Part shown: piece by piece, positions 1-9,569 of the stretch
Layout: every line of letters starts with the position of its first letter
Position numbering within the stretch: position 1 is the first letter of the stretch
Assembly (NCBI GenBank): GCA_017523925.1
Contig: JAFWVQ010000027.1
Span: forward strand, 5,018-69,017
Source of the DNA: Clostridia bacterium
GTDB lineage: Bacteria > Bacillota > Clostridia > Christensenellales > CAG-138
Direction: 5' to 3'
Length of the DNA: 64,000 bases
Program-made: the position numbers and the translations under genes
Notes under the pieces: model-generated
Databases searched by the model: none
What the model was told of the DNA's origin: nothing
Seen by the model: the letters and a program-made list of their open reading frames with translations, nothing else

Positions 1-2
1 GC

Positions 3-455
3 ATCGATTCGATAAACACCTCCGATCTGCGCCAAATGGAAGGCTATATGACACAGGATACGGTGCTTTTCAAGGGAACCGTGGAGGAGAACATCCGCGT
101 TGCAAAGCTCGACGCATCGCGCGAACAGATCGAGCTTGCCTGTAAAAAGGCAGCGCTGCATGATTTCATCACGTCGCTCACGAACGGCTATGATACCGAC
201 GTCGGTGAGCTTGGAAAAACGCTTTCGGGCGGCGAACGCCAGCGCATAGGGCTTGCCCGCGCCTTCCTGCATGACGCGCCCTTCCTTCTGCTCGATGAAC
301 CTACGAGCAATTTGGACAGCCTGAACGAAGCCGTGATCCTGCGCTCGCTGAAGCAAGAATCGGACGGCAGAACCGTTTTGCTCGTTTCTCACCGAGCCTC
401 GACCGTGCGTATTGCCGACGAGAGGGTGTTTATCGAAAACGGAAGGGTTTCGTAA
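3..455 (+). CDS. ABC transporter ATP-binding domain, C-terminal fragment (gene starts upstream of window)
   Basis: Frame is open from the window edge. ABC signature LSGGERQR, Walker B FLLLDEPTSNLD, H-loop LLVSHR. Confidence 0.85.
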   Translation: MDSINTSDLRQMEGYMTQDTVLFKGTVEENIRVAKLDASREQIELACKKAALHDFITSLTNGYDTDVGELGKTLSGGERQRIGLARAFLHDAPFLLLDEPTSNLDSLNEAVILRSLKQESDGRTVLLVSHRASTVRIADERVFIENGRVS

Positions 456-458
456 CAG

Positions 459-878
459 GTGGACAGGATGAGCATCAAGCGAATTGTTTTTATCGTGCTC
501 GGGTGCATCTGCCTTGCACTCGGAGCAGTGGGCATCTTTCTTCCGGTACTGCCCACCACCCCATTTTTCCTTGCAACGCTGTTTTTCTTTACAAACAGCT
601 CAAAGAGGCTGCACGATTGGTTCATCGGCACGGGGCTCTATAACAAGCACCTCGACTCCTTCGTTAAAAAGCGCGGCATGACGCTTTCGACCAAGCTTTC
701 CGTAATTCTAACGGTAACGCTCCTGATGGGCTTCGGCTTTTTCATGATGGCAAGGAAGGGAATTTGGATCCCCTGCATCATACTTTCGGTCGTTTGGCTC
801 ATACACTTGATCTACTTCATTTTCCGCGTTAAAACGATACCCAAGGAGCATGAGGAACCCGAGCAGGAAAGTGAATAG
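459..878 (+). CDS. YbaN/DUF454-like small membrane protein
   Basis: 139-aa ORF with motif GIFLPVLPTTPFFLA and several hydrophobic helices typical of the YbaN family. Alternative ATG at 468. Confidence 0.7.
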   Translation: MDRMSIKRIVFIVLGCICLALGAVGIFLPVLPTTPFFLATLFFFTNSSKRLHDWFIGTGLYNKHLDSFVKKRGMTLSTKLSVILTVTLLMGFGFFMMARKGIWIPCIILSVVWLIHLIYFIFRVKTIPKEHEEPEQESE

Positions 879-1006
879 GCCCTAAGAATCAGATACATAG
901 CAGACTTTTTTCAGGCGGAATAAGCGGCGCACCGTGTCGGTACGCCGCTTATCCTACTTTGGGGTATCACTTCAAACGTCTGCTTTCGCAGAACCGAGGA
1001 CTTTCA

Positions 1007-2116
1007 TTATCTGTTTTTCCTGTTTTTGCGTGCGGCAATGGCAGAGCCTGCGCCGACGAGCATCGCAATACCCGCAATCATCGCGCTTGCACCGCCGGTT
1101 GCGGGAGCGCCGGGAGTGTCGCCGCCGGGAGCGGGCTGCTGGGTCGGTGCGGGTGCATCGGTGGGGTCTGCAGGCGCGTTGGTAGGCTCTGCGGGCGCCT
1201 CGGTGGGCTCTGCTGGCGCGTTGGTGGGCTGCACGGGCGCTTCGGTGGGCTCAACCGGGGCTTCGGTGGGTTCAACAGGTGCCTCGGTGGGCTGCACAGG
1301 CGGCTCCTCGCTCACAAAATGCGCGGAATACGGAATGAAATTGCCGTCCTCATCGGTGATGTTAATGAGTGCCATTCCAAATGCCATCGGGGTAACGAAG
1401 GTTATCGCGTCATCCGCAAAAGTGAAGCTGCTGCTCGTTGCCTGGGTGTGCTCGGTGTAGGTAACGGTGTAGATGCCGGTGGTCTCGTCGAATTCATAAT
1501 TACCGAAGCCCTTGGGCGCAAGGTCCTTCCCCTCGCGTGCATCACGGGTATCGAGGGTCCTTTCCTCGGTGTTGATGATGATATAGGCGGGAACCTTCAT
1601 CATGGCCTCCTCGGGGTAATCCTCAACGCCAAGATAATAGGTGCCGGCTCGTAGCGCATCCTCGTAGGTTTCGCCCGCGCTTTTGGTGAGGGTGATATCC
1701 TCCATGCCGCTCATTGCCGCAAAGCTTGAGATATAGCCGTGGACCGAAACGGTGTTTTCATCCACGATAACGCCGGTATCGAAGCTTCCGCCGCCGAAAG
1801 CGATCGAGCTGCCGTCCAGCTCGTAGCTGCCGCTCTCGGTCTCGGTATCCTCGTAGCCTTCGCCGAACATCGGGGAATCGGGGTTCGCGGGAATGAAGAT
1901 ATGCACGGAGTAGGTGTAGCCGCCGTTTCCGTCGAAGTCCATCTTGCAGGTATAGGTGATGGGATTGCCCATCGCGCTCTTTTCAACGATGGCGGAATAG
2001 CTGCCAGTGAGCGCATCGCTCTTCACGGTTTCGGCATTTGCCTTTACAACGGCAACGCCTACGATAAGCGCGATGGCAAGGAGCATGGGGAGTGCTTTTT
2101 TGAAGATCAATTTCAT
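1007..2116 (-). CDS. secreted surface protein with PxxPTxA heptad repeats and C-terminal hydrophobic anchor plus RKNRKNR tail
   Basis: N-terminal signal peptide (MKLIFKKALPMLLAIALIVGVAVVKANA). 7.5 heptad repeats. Tail GAPATGG + 20 hydrophobic residues + basic end. Confidence 0.7.
   Translation of the reverse strand: MKLIFKKALPMLLAIALIVGVAVVKANAETVKSDALTGSYSAIVEKSAMGNPITYTCKMDFDGNGGYTYSVHIFIPANPDSPMFGEGYEDTETESGSYELDGSSIAFGGGSFDTGVIVDENTVSVHGYISSFAAMSGMEDITLTKSAGETYEDALRAGTYYLGVEDYPEEAMMKVPAYIIINTEERTLDTRDAREGKDLAPKGFGNYEFDETTGIYTVTYTEHTQATSSSFTFADDAITFVTPMAFGMALINITDEDGNFIPYSAHFVSEEPPVQPTEAPVEPTEAPVEPTEAPVQPTNAPAEPTEAPAEPTNAPADPTDAPAPTQQPAPGGDTPGAPATGGASAMIAGIAMLVGAGSAIAARKNRKNR
1142..1300. 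repeat. 21-nt tandem repeat array (about 7.5 units) encoding PVEPTEA-type heptads
   Basis: Direct reading gives PVQPTEA PVEPTEA PVEPTEA PVQPTNA PAEPTEA PAEPTNA PADPTDA PAPT. Confidence 0.9.
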
Positions 2117-2183
2117 ATTGTTCTTCTCCTTTCAAAAATGTTTCGGTTATATGTAAAGCGTTTTTAGCGTTACATCGAAAGTA

Positions 2184-2999
2184 TTACGGGTCGAAAATCA
2201 CCTCAACGGTGTCCTGCGAGCCCGAAAAGCTCGAAAGAAAGCCCGTAAGCGATATCGTGTTTGCGTGAATAGCGCCGGATGTAAGCCTGCCCGTCAGCGT
2301 CATGGCATTGCCGTTCACCGTGTATTCGCCGGAGAAGCTCTCATCGGTCTCATGGCTCATGCCGCCTGAGATCGTAACGTGAACGCTGTAATCGTAATGC
2401 CCGCCCGCAAAGCTTATCCTGATGCTGTAATTAACGGTGCTGTTCATGGCCTCCACAAACTTTTCTATCTCGCCAACATATGTTCCCTCGCGGAAGCCCT
2501 GCGGAGCTGTGGTGGGAACTGTTGTAGGAGCTGCGGTCGGCGAGACCGTAGGAACAACTGTCGGAACCGCCGTTGGGACGACCGTCGGTGCTGCCGTAGG
2601 CGTGCCGCTCGGCGTAGCGGTCGGAGCCGTTGTCGGCGCGCTCGTCGGGCTTAAGGTCGGCGCGTTTGTCGGGCTCGCCGTTGGCAAGGCAGTCGCATTT
2701 TCGGTCGGCGCAGCCACCGGCGTGCTTGAAGCATGCGGCATGCTTGCGGTCGGTTCGCCCTGTTCCGCGGGATCGCCGCTCGGCGCGTTTGAGGGAAGCT
2801 CGGTCGGAGCGGCAGAAATAGATGCCGTGGGTTCGTCATTGGAAGCGCCCGAAGTTGGAAGTGCGGTATGTGCCTGTGCCGTTGGCGCTTCGATCGGCGC
2901 ATCATTGGTCGTGCTGCCACTTGAGCAGCCCCAAGAAAAAGCGAGTGAGCAAAGCACGAGGGCGGCAGAGAGTATCATTGCAGTTGCTTTTATTTTCAT
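2184..2999 (-). CDS. secreted (possibly lipo-) protein with Pro/Thr/Ala-rich linker; its C-terminal domain is paralogous to the N-terminal domain of 1007..2116
   Basis: Signal peptide ending FSWGCSSG, followed by a long PT-rich low-complexity stretch. GGHYDYSVHVTISGG aligns with GNGGYTYSVHIFIP of the neighbouring gene. Confidence 0.65.
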   Translation of the reverse strand: MKIKATAMILSAALVLCSLAFSWGCSSGSTTNDAPIEAPTAQAHTALPTSGASNDEPTASISAAPTELPSNAPSGDPAEQGEPTASMPHASSTPVAAPTENATALPTASPTNAPTLSPTSAPTTAPTATPSGTPTAAPTVVPTAVPTVVPTVSPTAAPTTVPTTAPQGFREGTYVGEIEKFVEAMNSTVNYSIRISFAGGHYDYSVHVTISGGMSHETDESFSGEYTVNGNAMTLTGRLTSGAIHANTISLTGFLSSFSGSQDTVEVIFDP

Positions 3000-3014
3000 G
3001 TTGTTGCCTTTCTT

Positions 3015-4043
3015 TTATCGAGTTTTATAATAGGGGCAGGCGGTGAAATGCTCATCATCTACGGGCTCAAGCCTGCATTCGATGCTTTCGCACTCCTTCT
3101 TTTTCAGCGGGCAGCGGTTTCTCAAAAGGCATCCGCCATCGAACGGCGCATCGGGGATACTTGCATCAGCGTCGACCGCGCCAGTTTGAAGTTGAGAAGC
3201 CGATGCGATTTTCCCGCCGTCCAAGCTCAGAACCGAGTCTATCAGCATTCGTGTATAGGGATGCATCGGGTTTGCGAACACCTTTTCCGCATCTCCGTAC
3301 TCGACGATCCTGCCGAGATACATGATCGCCAGCCTGTCCGCAAATTTACGGACGGAAGCGAGGTTATGCGAAATGAAGAGATATGTTAGTCCGCGTTCAC
3401 GCCGGATATCCATCAAAAGATTGAGGATCTGTGCATGCACGGACACATCCAGCGCACTCACAGGCTCATCGCAAACGATGTATTCCGCGCCCGAAACCAG
3501 CGCCCTTGCGATCGCTATTCGCTGCTGCTGACCACCCGAAAACTCGCTCACCAATCTGTCAAGATCGCCGGCGGAAAGACCGACGCTTTCCACCGCTTCC
3601 GCAGCTTTTGAAAGTATGAGTTTTTCATCGAGCTCCATTCGTATCATGAGCGGCTCCGCCACCGCGCGAGCGACCGTGAAGCGGGGATTCATCGAACTTG
3701 CGGGGTCCTGAAAGATCTTCTGCATGCTCCTGCGCTGCTGCCTTAGCCGTTTTTTATTGCGGATATCGAGCTTTTCACCGTTGAAAAACACTTCGCCCGC
3801 TGTCGGGGCAACGAATCCGAGCGTTGCATCGGCAAGCGTTGTTTTTCCGCAGCCGGATTCGCCCACCAGCGCAAAGGCTTCGCCCTTGAAGATCTCTATG
3901 GACACGTTCGAAACGGCGTTTACATAGCGGCGCTTTGAAAACGGGCTTTCCTTTTTGAGCGGGAAGCGCACGCAGAGCCCGTTCGTTTTAACGAGAGGAG
4001 CGTGCCTGTCCATGTTTGAAGTTGAATTAGCCTTCATACGCAC
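3015..4043 (-). CDS. oligopeptide/dipeptide ABC transporter ATP-binding protein (OppF/DppF-like)
   Basis: Walker A GESGCGKTT, signature FSGGQQQR, Walker B YIVCDEPVSALD. Last gene of the Opp-type operon. Confidence 0.9.
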   Translation of the reverse strand: MRMKANSTSNMDRHAPLVKTNGLCVRFPLKKESPFSKRRYVNAVSNVSIEIFKGEAFALVGESGCGKTTLADATLGFVAPTAGEVFFNGEKLDIRNKKRLRQQRRSMQKIFQDPASSMNPRFTVARAVAEPLMIRMELDEKLILSKAAEAVESVGLSAGDLDRLVSEFSGGQQQRIAIARALVSGAEYIVCDEPVSALDVSVHAQILNLLMDIRRERGLTYLFISHNLASVRKFADRLAIMYLGRIVEYGDAEKVFANPMHPYTRMLIDSVLSLDGGKIASASQLQTGAVDADASIPDAPFDGGCLLRNRCPLKKKECESIECRLEPVDDEHFTACPYYKTR

Positions 4044-5004
4044 CTCCGCTCATGCAGCAGCGCACGAAATGCGCATTGCCCGCGTTCTCAAGCCTCGGCA
4101 TCGCTTCCCCGCACTTATTCGAAGCATGAGCGCAGCGCGGAAAAAAGCAGCAGCCCTTGGGCTTGTTCACGGGGTCGGGCAAGCTTCCCGGTATCTGAGT
4201 AAAGCGGCCTTTCGGCTCATCCAAGCGCACAACGGCATCCATCAACCCCTTCGTATAAGGATGAAGCGGGTTTGAGATAAGTTCCCATGTTTCGGCGCAC
4301 TCAACGATCCTTCCGCTGTACATTACCGCGATGCGGTCGGCCATGCTGCAAACTACGCTGAGATCATGCGATATAAGAAGCAGCGCCGTTCCGTTTTCCG
4401 CCTGCAGCTTCGATAAAAGAGCAAGCACCTGTTTTTGGACCGTAACGTCCAGTGCGGTAGTGGGTTCATCGGCGATGATCAGCGCGGGGTTCGATGCAAA
4501 CGCCATCGCAATAAGCACCCTTTGGCGCATTCCTCCCGAAAGCTCATGCGGAAAAGCCTTGTATCGCGCCTCGGGATCTTCGATCCCAACGCTTCTCAAT
4601 GCCTCTATCGAGCGCGCTTTAGCCTCTCGCCTTTTTAAGCCGAAATGCAGCATGAACACCTCGTCGAGCTGTTTTCCAACGCTCATAACGGGATTGAGCG
4701 CGCTGAGCGCATCCTGAAAGATCATGCTTGCTTTTCTTCCTCTGATTCCTTCCATCTCGCGTTCGCTCATTTTTGAGATATCCTCATCGAGCAGCAGGTG
4801 CTCGTCCGTGCGAACGATACATGAGGAAGTATCAAGCAGCTTGAGCGCAGCAAGGCTCGTTACGCTCTTGCCGCAGCCCGATTCGCCGACGAGCGCAAGG
4901 CATTCGCCCGCCCCTATCGAAAGATCGATCCCTTCCACCGCACGAACGATGCCGCGCGGAGTCGGGAAGGCGACCTTTAGGTTTTTGATCGAAAAAACGC
5001 TCAT
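4027..5004 (-). CDS. oligopeptide/dipeptide ABC transporter ATP-binding protein (OppD/DppD-like)
   Basis: Walker A GESGCGKSV, signature LSGGMRQR, Walker B LIIADEPTTALD. Confidence 0.9.
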   Translation of the reverse strand: MSVFSIKNLKVAFPTPRGIVRAVEGIDLSIGAGECLALVGESGCGKSVTSLAALKLLDTSSCIVRTDEHLLLDEDISKMSEREMEGIRGRKASMIFQDALSALNPVMSVGKQLDEVFMLHFGLKRREAKARSIEALRSVGIEDPEARYKAFPHELSGGMRQRVLIAMAFASNPALIIADEPTTALDVTVQKQVLALLSKLQAENGTALLLISHDLSVVCSMADRIAVMYSGRIVECAETWELISNPLHPYTKGLMDAVVRLDEPKGRFTQIPGSLPDPVNKPKGCCFFPRCAHASNKCGEAMPRLENAGNAHFVRCCMSGGAYEG

Positions 5005-5954
5005 TCCGCATCCTCCATCGAGGAAAGCACCTCGTCGAGATACCGGTTTCCCATGTGCTTGATGAGCTTATTCATTCCGTTCTTCCCTTTCATACCCGGG
5101 TTGAGGATACCCTCGATCGCAAGCCCGATGCGCATGAAGGCAAAAACCGATATGAAGATCCCGATGCCGGGCGCGATTATCGTCCACCACTGCCCAAAGA
5201 GCATTGAGCCGCCGCTTTGCGCTTCGGCAAGCATCTTGCCCCAGCTGATCGCCGTCGGATTTCCGAGCCCAAGAAAGCTCAGCCCCGCTTCAGCGATCAT
5301 AATTCCTGCGCAGGAGAGCGCCGTGCTCATTATCACAAGATGGGATACGGAGGGCAGGATATGCGTTTTCATTATGTACCATCTGCCCGCGCCCGCAAGC
5401 TCCGCCGATTTAACATAGTCCGCATTTTTCAGCCGCAGAACGAGCGAACGCACGGTGCGCGCCAGCCCCGTCCAGCCGAAGAGCACGAAAACGAGCACTA
5501 TCACAACGTAGCTTTTGCCGAAAACATTCGTTATCAGTATCGTCAGAGGCAGAGTCGGGATAACGATCATCACGTCCACTATACGCATCAGGAGCATATC
5601 GGTTATCCCGCCGAGATAACCCGCCGCAACGCCGAGCACCGAGCCGAGCAGCGCGATGGAGATGCCGGTTATCAGCCCGACGAGCAGCGAAACGCGCGTT
5701 CCGTAAATAAGCATACTGAAAACGTCCTGCCCCGTGGTGATGCTTGTTCCGAGAGGATGCTCAAGGCTCGGAGCAAGCCCCTTGTCCGCACGCTGCGCAA
5801 CGTCGTATGGGTCGTAGGGCGCTATCAGCGGAGCGAAAACGGCGACGAGCGCAAGCAAAGTGAGCAGAATGAGCCCTATGCGCCCCTGCTTCTGCATCCA
5901 AATCTTTTTTATGAATGCGGCGGTCGATCCCGCGATCCTCTTTACCGCTTTCAT
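5001..5954 (-). CDS. ABC peptide transporter permease (OppC/DppC-like)
   Basis: Multi-TM permease. Start set at ATG 5954 (MKAVKRIAG), which gives an ATGA overlap with the upstream stop; the ORF track extends to 5999. Confidence 0.85.
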   Translation of the reverse strand: MKAVKRIAGSTAAFIKKIWMQKQGRIGLILLTLLALVAVFAPLIAPYDPYDVAQRADKGLAPSLEHPLGTSITTGQDVFSMLIYGTRVSLLVGLITGISIALLGSVLGVAAGYLGGITDMLLMRIVDVMIVIPTLPLTILITNVFGKSYVVIVLVFVLFGWTGLARTVRSLVLRLKNADYVKSAELAGAGRWYIMKTHILPSVSHLVIMSTALSCAGIMIAEAGLSFLGLGNPTAISWGKMLAEAQSGGSMLFGQWWTIIAPGIGIFISVFAFMRIGLAIEGILNPGMKGKNGMNKLIKHMGNRYLDEVLSSMEDAE

Positions 5955-6949
5955 CGCTTGTCTCCGATCGTAACTCTCGGGTCGAGCAGGCAGTAGCAAA
6001 GATCGGTCACGAGGTTTGCCGCGAGCGCGATGCCCGAAATGAATATCATTATGCCCATCATAAGCGGGTAATCGTTCGTGTTGTTTGCCTCAAGATAGAG
6101 TGTTCCCATGCCGTGCCAATTGAAGATCTGCTCTATCACGACCGAGCCTCCGATCAGACCGGACAGCGACATACCGAGCCCCGTCACGACGGGCAGAAGC
6201 GCATTTCTCAAAACATGCTTATAAAGAACACCGCGCCTTTTAACGCCCTTTGCGCGAGCGGTCACGATGAACTTTTCGCCCGTTACCGCAATAACGCTGT
6301 TTCTGATACCCTGCGCGTTGCCGATAATGCCGCCGATGGCGGTGCTGATTATCGGAAGCGCGGCGTTATAGGCAACGCTGCCAATGCTCTTGAGGCTCCA
6401 ATCGAAGGAGGAAACGAGATTTTGATCCGTATAAGCGGGAAAGATCTCAAGCGTGAAGCCGAGAAAATAGGTCAGCATCAGCGCAATGAAGAAGGAGGGC
6501 ACGGCCGTTGTGATCGTGGAGGCGTTCATAAGCGCTCGGTCCTGCCACAAGCCGCGCTTCATCGCACAATGCGTTCCGATCACGATGCCGAAGAAAAGGC
6601 AGATTACCATTCCCGAAACGGATAATACAAGCGTCCACGGAAGGCGCTCGGCCATAAGATCCCAAACCTTTGGCGAGCCTGCTCGATAGGAGTTCCCGAG
6701 ATCGCCGCGGATAAGCCCGCCGAGATAGCGAGTGTACTGCGACCAGGTCGAGCCGTCCAGCCCGTACTGCTTCCTTGTCAGCTCCTTTATCAGCTCATAG
6801 CTTTCGTCGCTCATATTGCCCTGCGCGGGATAATACCTTGCGGCGGGATCGTCAACCCCAAGCCTCGGAATGAAGAAGCAGAGCGTGACCACGGCGGCAA
6901 AAACAAGGAGCGTGTACAGTATTCTTTTGAAAACGTAAAACTTTTTCAT
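5951..6949 (-). CDS. ABC peptide transporter permease (OppB/DppB-like)
   Basis: 332-aa multi-TM protein with the typical OppB N-terminus MKKFYVFKRILYTLLVF. Confidence 0.85.
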   Translation of the reverse strand: MKKFYVFKRILYTLLVFAAVVTLCFFIPRLGVDDPAARYYPAQGNMSDESYELIKELTRKQYGLDGSTWSQYTRYLGGLIRGDLGNSYRAGSPKVWDLMAERLPWTLVLSVSGMVICLFFGIVIGTHCAMKRGLWQDRALMNASTITTAVPSFFIALMLTYFLGFTLEIFPAYTDQNLVSSFDWSLKSIGSVAYNAALPIISTAIGGIIGNAQGIRNSVIAVTGEKFIVTARAKGVKRRGVLYKHVLRNALLPVVTGLGMSLSGLIGGSVVIEQIFNWHGMGTLYLEANNTNDYPLMMGIMIFISGIALAANLVTDLCYCLLDPRVTIGDKR

Positions 6950-6955
6950 TTGGGA

Positions 6956-8863
6956 TCAATCCGCGATCCTTCTTAGATTTTGCAGCGTTTCAGCGCCGAA
7001 AACGCCGTCATCCGCAAGGCCGAAGCCGCTGAAGCGATCCGTTCGCGCAGCCGTTATCACGTCGGCGCTGTACAGCGGAAGCTTATAATAGGTCTGCGCC
7101 GTTTCGACTTGAAGGCGCTTTATCATGCTTATCTTGTACTCAAGATCGAGCGAAGCTCGCATTTCCTCGATATGTTCTGCAAGGAGCGTGTCGCTAAGCT
7201 TGCCGTAATTCGAGGAACGCTCCCGCGTTACAAAATGCGCCCTGTACATAACGTCCGCATTCGCCATGGTAAGGATCACTGTTTGAAGCGTCATATCGAA
7301 ATCGCTTCGGTAAAGATAGGTCGTTTCGGGTGCCGAGCCCGCCGCCTTGAAGCGCACCTCGACTCCTATGCGCGCGAATTGGCGCTGAAGATATGCGACC
7401 GTGTCCTGCGCGCCGGGTGAAGCAAGTATCTCAAATGAGATACGCTTGCCTTCATACAGGCGAAAGCCGCTTTTGTCCTTTTCGGGGTGCAGATCATCGA
7501 GTATCGTGTTGGCTTTCTCAAGCCGAACTGCTGCCGTCTCCGAAAGGATATCCGCATTCGGCTCATACAAAAGTGCATTATCCTTGGATATAAGCCCACA
7601 GGGAGCCGTTTTCCCTGCGCCGTCAAGCGTTTTTTCTATCAATTCATCCTGATCCACGGCAAGCGCAAGAGCACGGCGAAAATCCCTGTTTCCGAGAAGC
7701 AGCTTCATACCGTTGTCAAACGGCTCCGCAGGGTTCACGTTCAAAACGAGGCAATTTATCCCGCTTCCGCCTATGCGCGAAACGAAGATATCCTTCTCCC
7801 GCTCCATAAGCTTTGCGTAATTCGAGCTTATCGCGGCATCGAGCAGGTCGATATAGCCCTTTCTGAGCGCGAAAACCGCCGTGTTGGAATCAAGATAGAG
7901 CAGTATTCTTATCCGTTCGATCTTGTAAAGCTCGCTCCCGTCCTCCGCCTTGAGGTGATAGTTCGGATTGCGGTCGAGCACAATGGTTTGCGCGTTGGTC
8001 TGCTCCCTGTTGAGCATCCATGCGCCGCAGCCGACAGGGTTTTGATACAGCTTCAAAAACTCGCCCTTTGGGTCCTTATTGTTGAGCTGCTGCGTTTCGC
8101 TTACGATCGGCTTATATAGATGCTCCGGAAGTATCAGTATCGTGTTGAAAAGCGTTGTTACCGCACCGAAAACCTTGTTTACGTGCAGATACATCACGGT
8201 ATCCCTCTCGCTCTCGCTGATGTGATAGGTGCCGGAAAGGTCGGGGTGGTCGTAGGTGAACATTCCCTGCTTCACGAGCCTTCCGCCGCTCGATTCGTGA
8301 AGAAGATCGGCCGTCCAAGCATGCGCGCCCGCATGGTTTGAAAGCGCGTTGTCTGTTGCAACATCGAAGGAATAATAAACGTCCTCCACGGTCAGCTTTT
8401 CGCCGTCCGTCCAGAAAACGTTGTCGAAAAGCTCGACCCGCACCGCCATATGATCCTCCGCGGAAGCGGAATAATATCGCTCCACCGCATCGTGATCGAT
8501 CTCTCCCGAATAAGAGCCGTCCACCGTAAGCGGTCTTCCGTCAAGATCTACATAGCACCAGCTTTTTGCAAGAAGCGGAGCAAAGCCGCCTGTTTTATCA
8601 TCGTAGGAAAAGAGCGTGTTATACAGCATGCTCGCAACCGTCGGCGCGATGCCGTCGCGCGAAAGCCAGGGCATGAACGAGGTCGGAAACGAGGTTCCGA
8701 CGTGCCCGACGTACAGCGTGGCGCTCTTATCGTTTCTGCGCTGCGCTATCGAGCCGGAGCAGGTGCAGCCGAAGAAGGACAGGATAAGCAGGCACAGCAA
8801 AACGGCGGCAGCCTTTCGCCCGCCGTTCGCCGTTTCTATTCTTTTTTGAGGTGTGAAGCTCAT
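6956..8863 (-). CDS. ABC transporter substrate-binding lipoprotein, family 5 (OppA/DppA-like)
   Basis: 635 aa with signal peptide and Cys (LILSFFGCTCSG). Sits as first transporter gene of the ABCDF-ordered operon. Confidence 0.8.
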   Translation of the reverse strand: MSFTPQKRIETANGGRKAAAVLLCLLILSFFGCTCSGSIAQRRNDKSATLYVGHVGTSFPTSFMPWLSRDGIAPTVASMLYNTLFSYDDKTGGFAPLLAKSWCYVDLDGRPLTVDGSYSGEIDHDAVERYYSASAEDHMAVRVELFDNVFWTDGEKLTVEDVYYSFDVATDNALSNHAGAHAWTADLLHESSGGRLVKQGMFTYDHPDLSGTYHISESERDTVMYLHVNKVFGAVTTLFNTILILPEHLYKPIVSETQQLNNKDPKGEFLKLYQNPVGCGAWMLNREQTNAQTIVLDRNPNYHLKAEDGSELYKIERIRILLYLDSNTAVFALRKGYIDLLDAAISSNYAKLMEREKDIFVSRIGGSGINCLVLNVNPAEPFDNGMKLLLGNRDFRRALALAVDQDELIEKTLDGAGKTAPCGLISKDNALLYEPNADILSETAAVRLEKANTILDDLHPEKDKSGFRLYEGKRISFEILASPGAQDTVAYLQRQFARIGVEVRFKAAGSAPETTYLYRSDFDMTLQTVILTMANADVMYRAHFVTRERSSNYGKLSDTLLAEHIEEMRASLDLEYKISMIKRLQVETAQTYYKLPLYSADVITAARTDRFSGFGLADDGVFGAETLQNLRRIAD

Positions 8864-9546
8864 TCCATATCCGGCGCCGGGTAGATAAGCCTTTCGCCGA
8901 AGCCGTTTCTCGATGCGGAATTATCGTAAATTTCCTCGATGCGGAATATGTACGCAGGGCGCTTCTTCCAAAGCTCCATGCCGCTTGGGGTATGATAAAC
9001 GTCATGCTGGGCGTTTATAAACTGCTGATACAGTTCCCGCCTGCCCGATGCTTGCTCATCGCAGATCTCGATCTTTCCCTTGAGCTTATAGGACACCATA
9101 GGCGGCTGATGGAATATGAGCGCCGCCTCCTTGTTCACGAGATAGTTCTGCCAGCTCTGCTTTTTTGCAAGCTCAAGGCTGCCGAGCTTTGAAAAGTCGA
9201 TGCGCTCCCTTGCCTCGGGGCCGTACATCTTTTCAACGAGCAGATCGAGCCCGCGCTTGCTGTAGCTCTTATCCTCCGGATCGTAGGAAGCGATATGCTT
9301 CAGGTATGCTTCAAGCGTTTCCTCAAGGTATTCGTCCTTCGGAAGAAAGCCCACGCCCTTCACGCTTGCGTTGAGCCCTGCGGGGCCGTAGGATACGAAG
9401 GCGGGCTCATGCGAGCAAAACGAGATGAAAAGCTTCTCCATACTCATCTCCTCGCCGCGCTGAAGCTTCATCACGGTTTCGGCCCTCGAATCGAAGGCCC
9501 ATTCAAAAAATCTTTTTGACGACTGCATTTTCTTATCTCCGTTCAT
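8860..9546 (-). CDS. hypothetical cytoplasmic protein, translationally coupled to the Opp-type operon
   Basis: 228-aa ORF with a 4-nt overlap onto the SBP gene start. No motif recognised. Confidence 0.5.
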   Translation of the reverse strand: MNGDKKMQSSKRFFEWAFDSRAETVMKLQRGEEMSMEKLFISFCSHEPAFVSYGPAGLNASVKGVGFLPKDEYLEETLEAYLKHIASYDPEDKSYSKRGLDLLVEKMYGPEARERIDFSKLGSLELAKKQSWQNYLVNKEAALIFHQPPMVSYKLKGKIEICDEQASGRRELYQQFINAQHDVYHTPSGMELWKKRPAYIFRIEEIYDNSASRNGFGERLIYPAPDME

Positions 9547-9569
9547 AGTTGATTTTATTTTTTATCCCA

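Noticed and set aside
920-952. 10-bp stem hairpin ATAAGCGGCG...CGCCGCTTAT between convergent genes, considered as a bidirectional terminator.
   Set aside because: The T-run lies upstream rather than downstream of the stem on the plus strand, and an A-run follows it on the minus strand, so neither orientation looks like a canonical intrinsic terminator. The hairpin is real but its function is unassigned.
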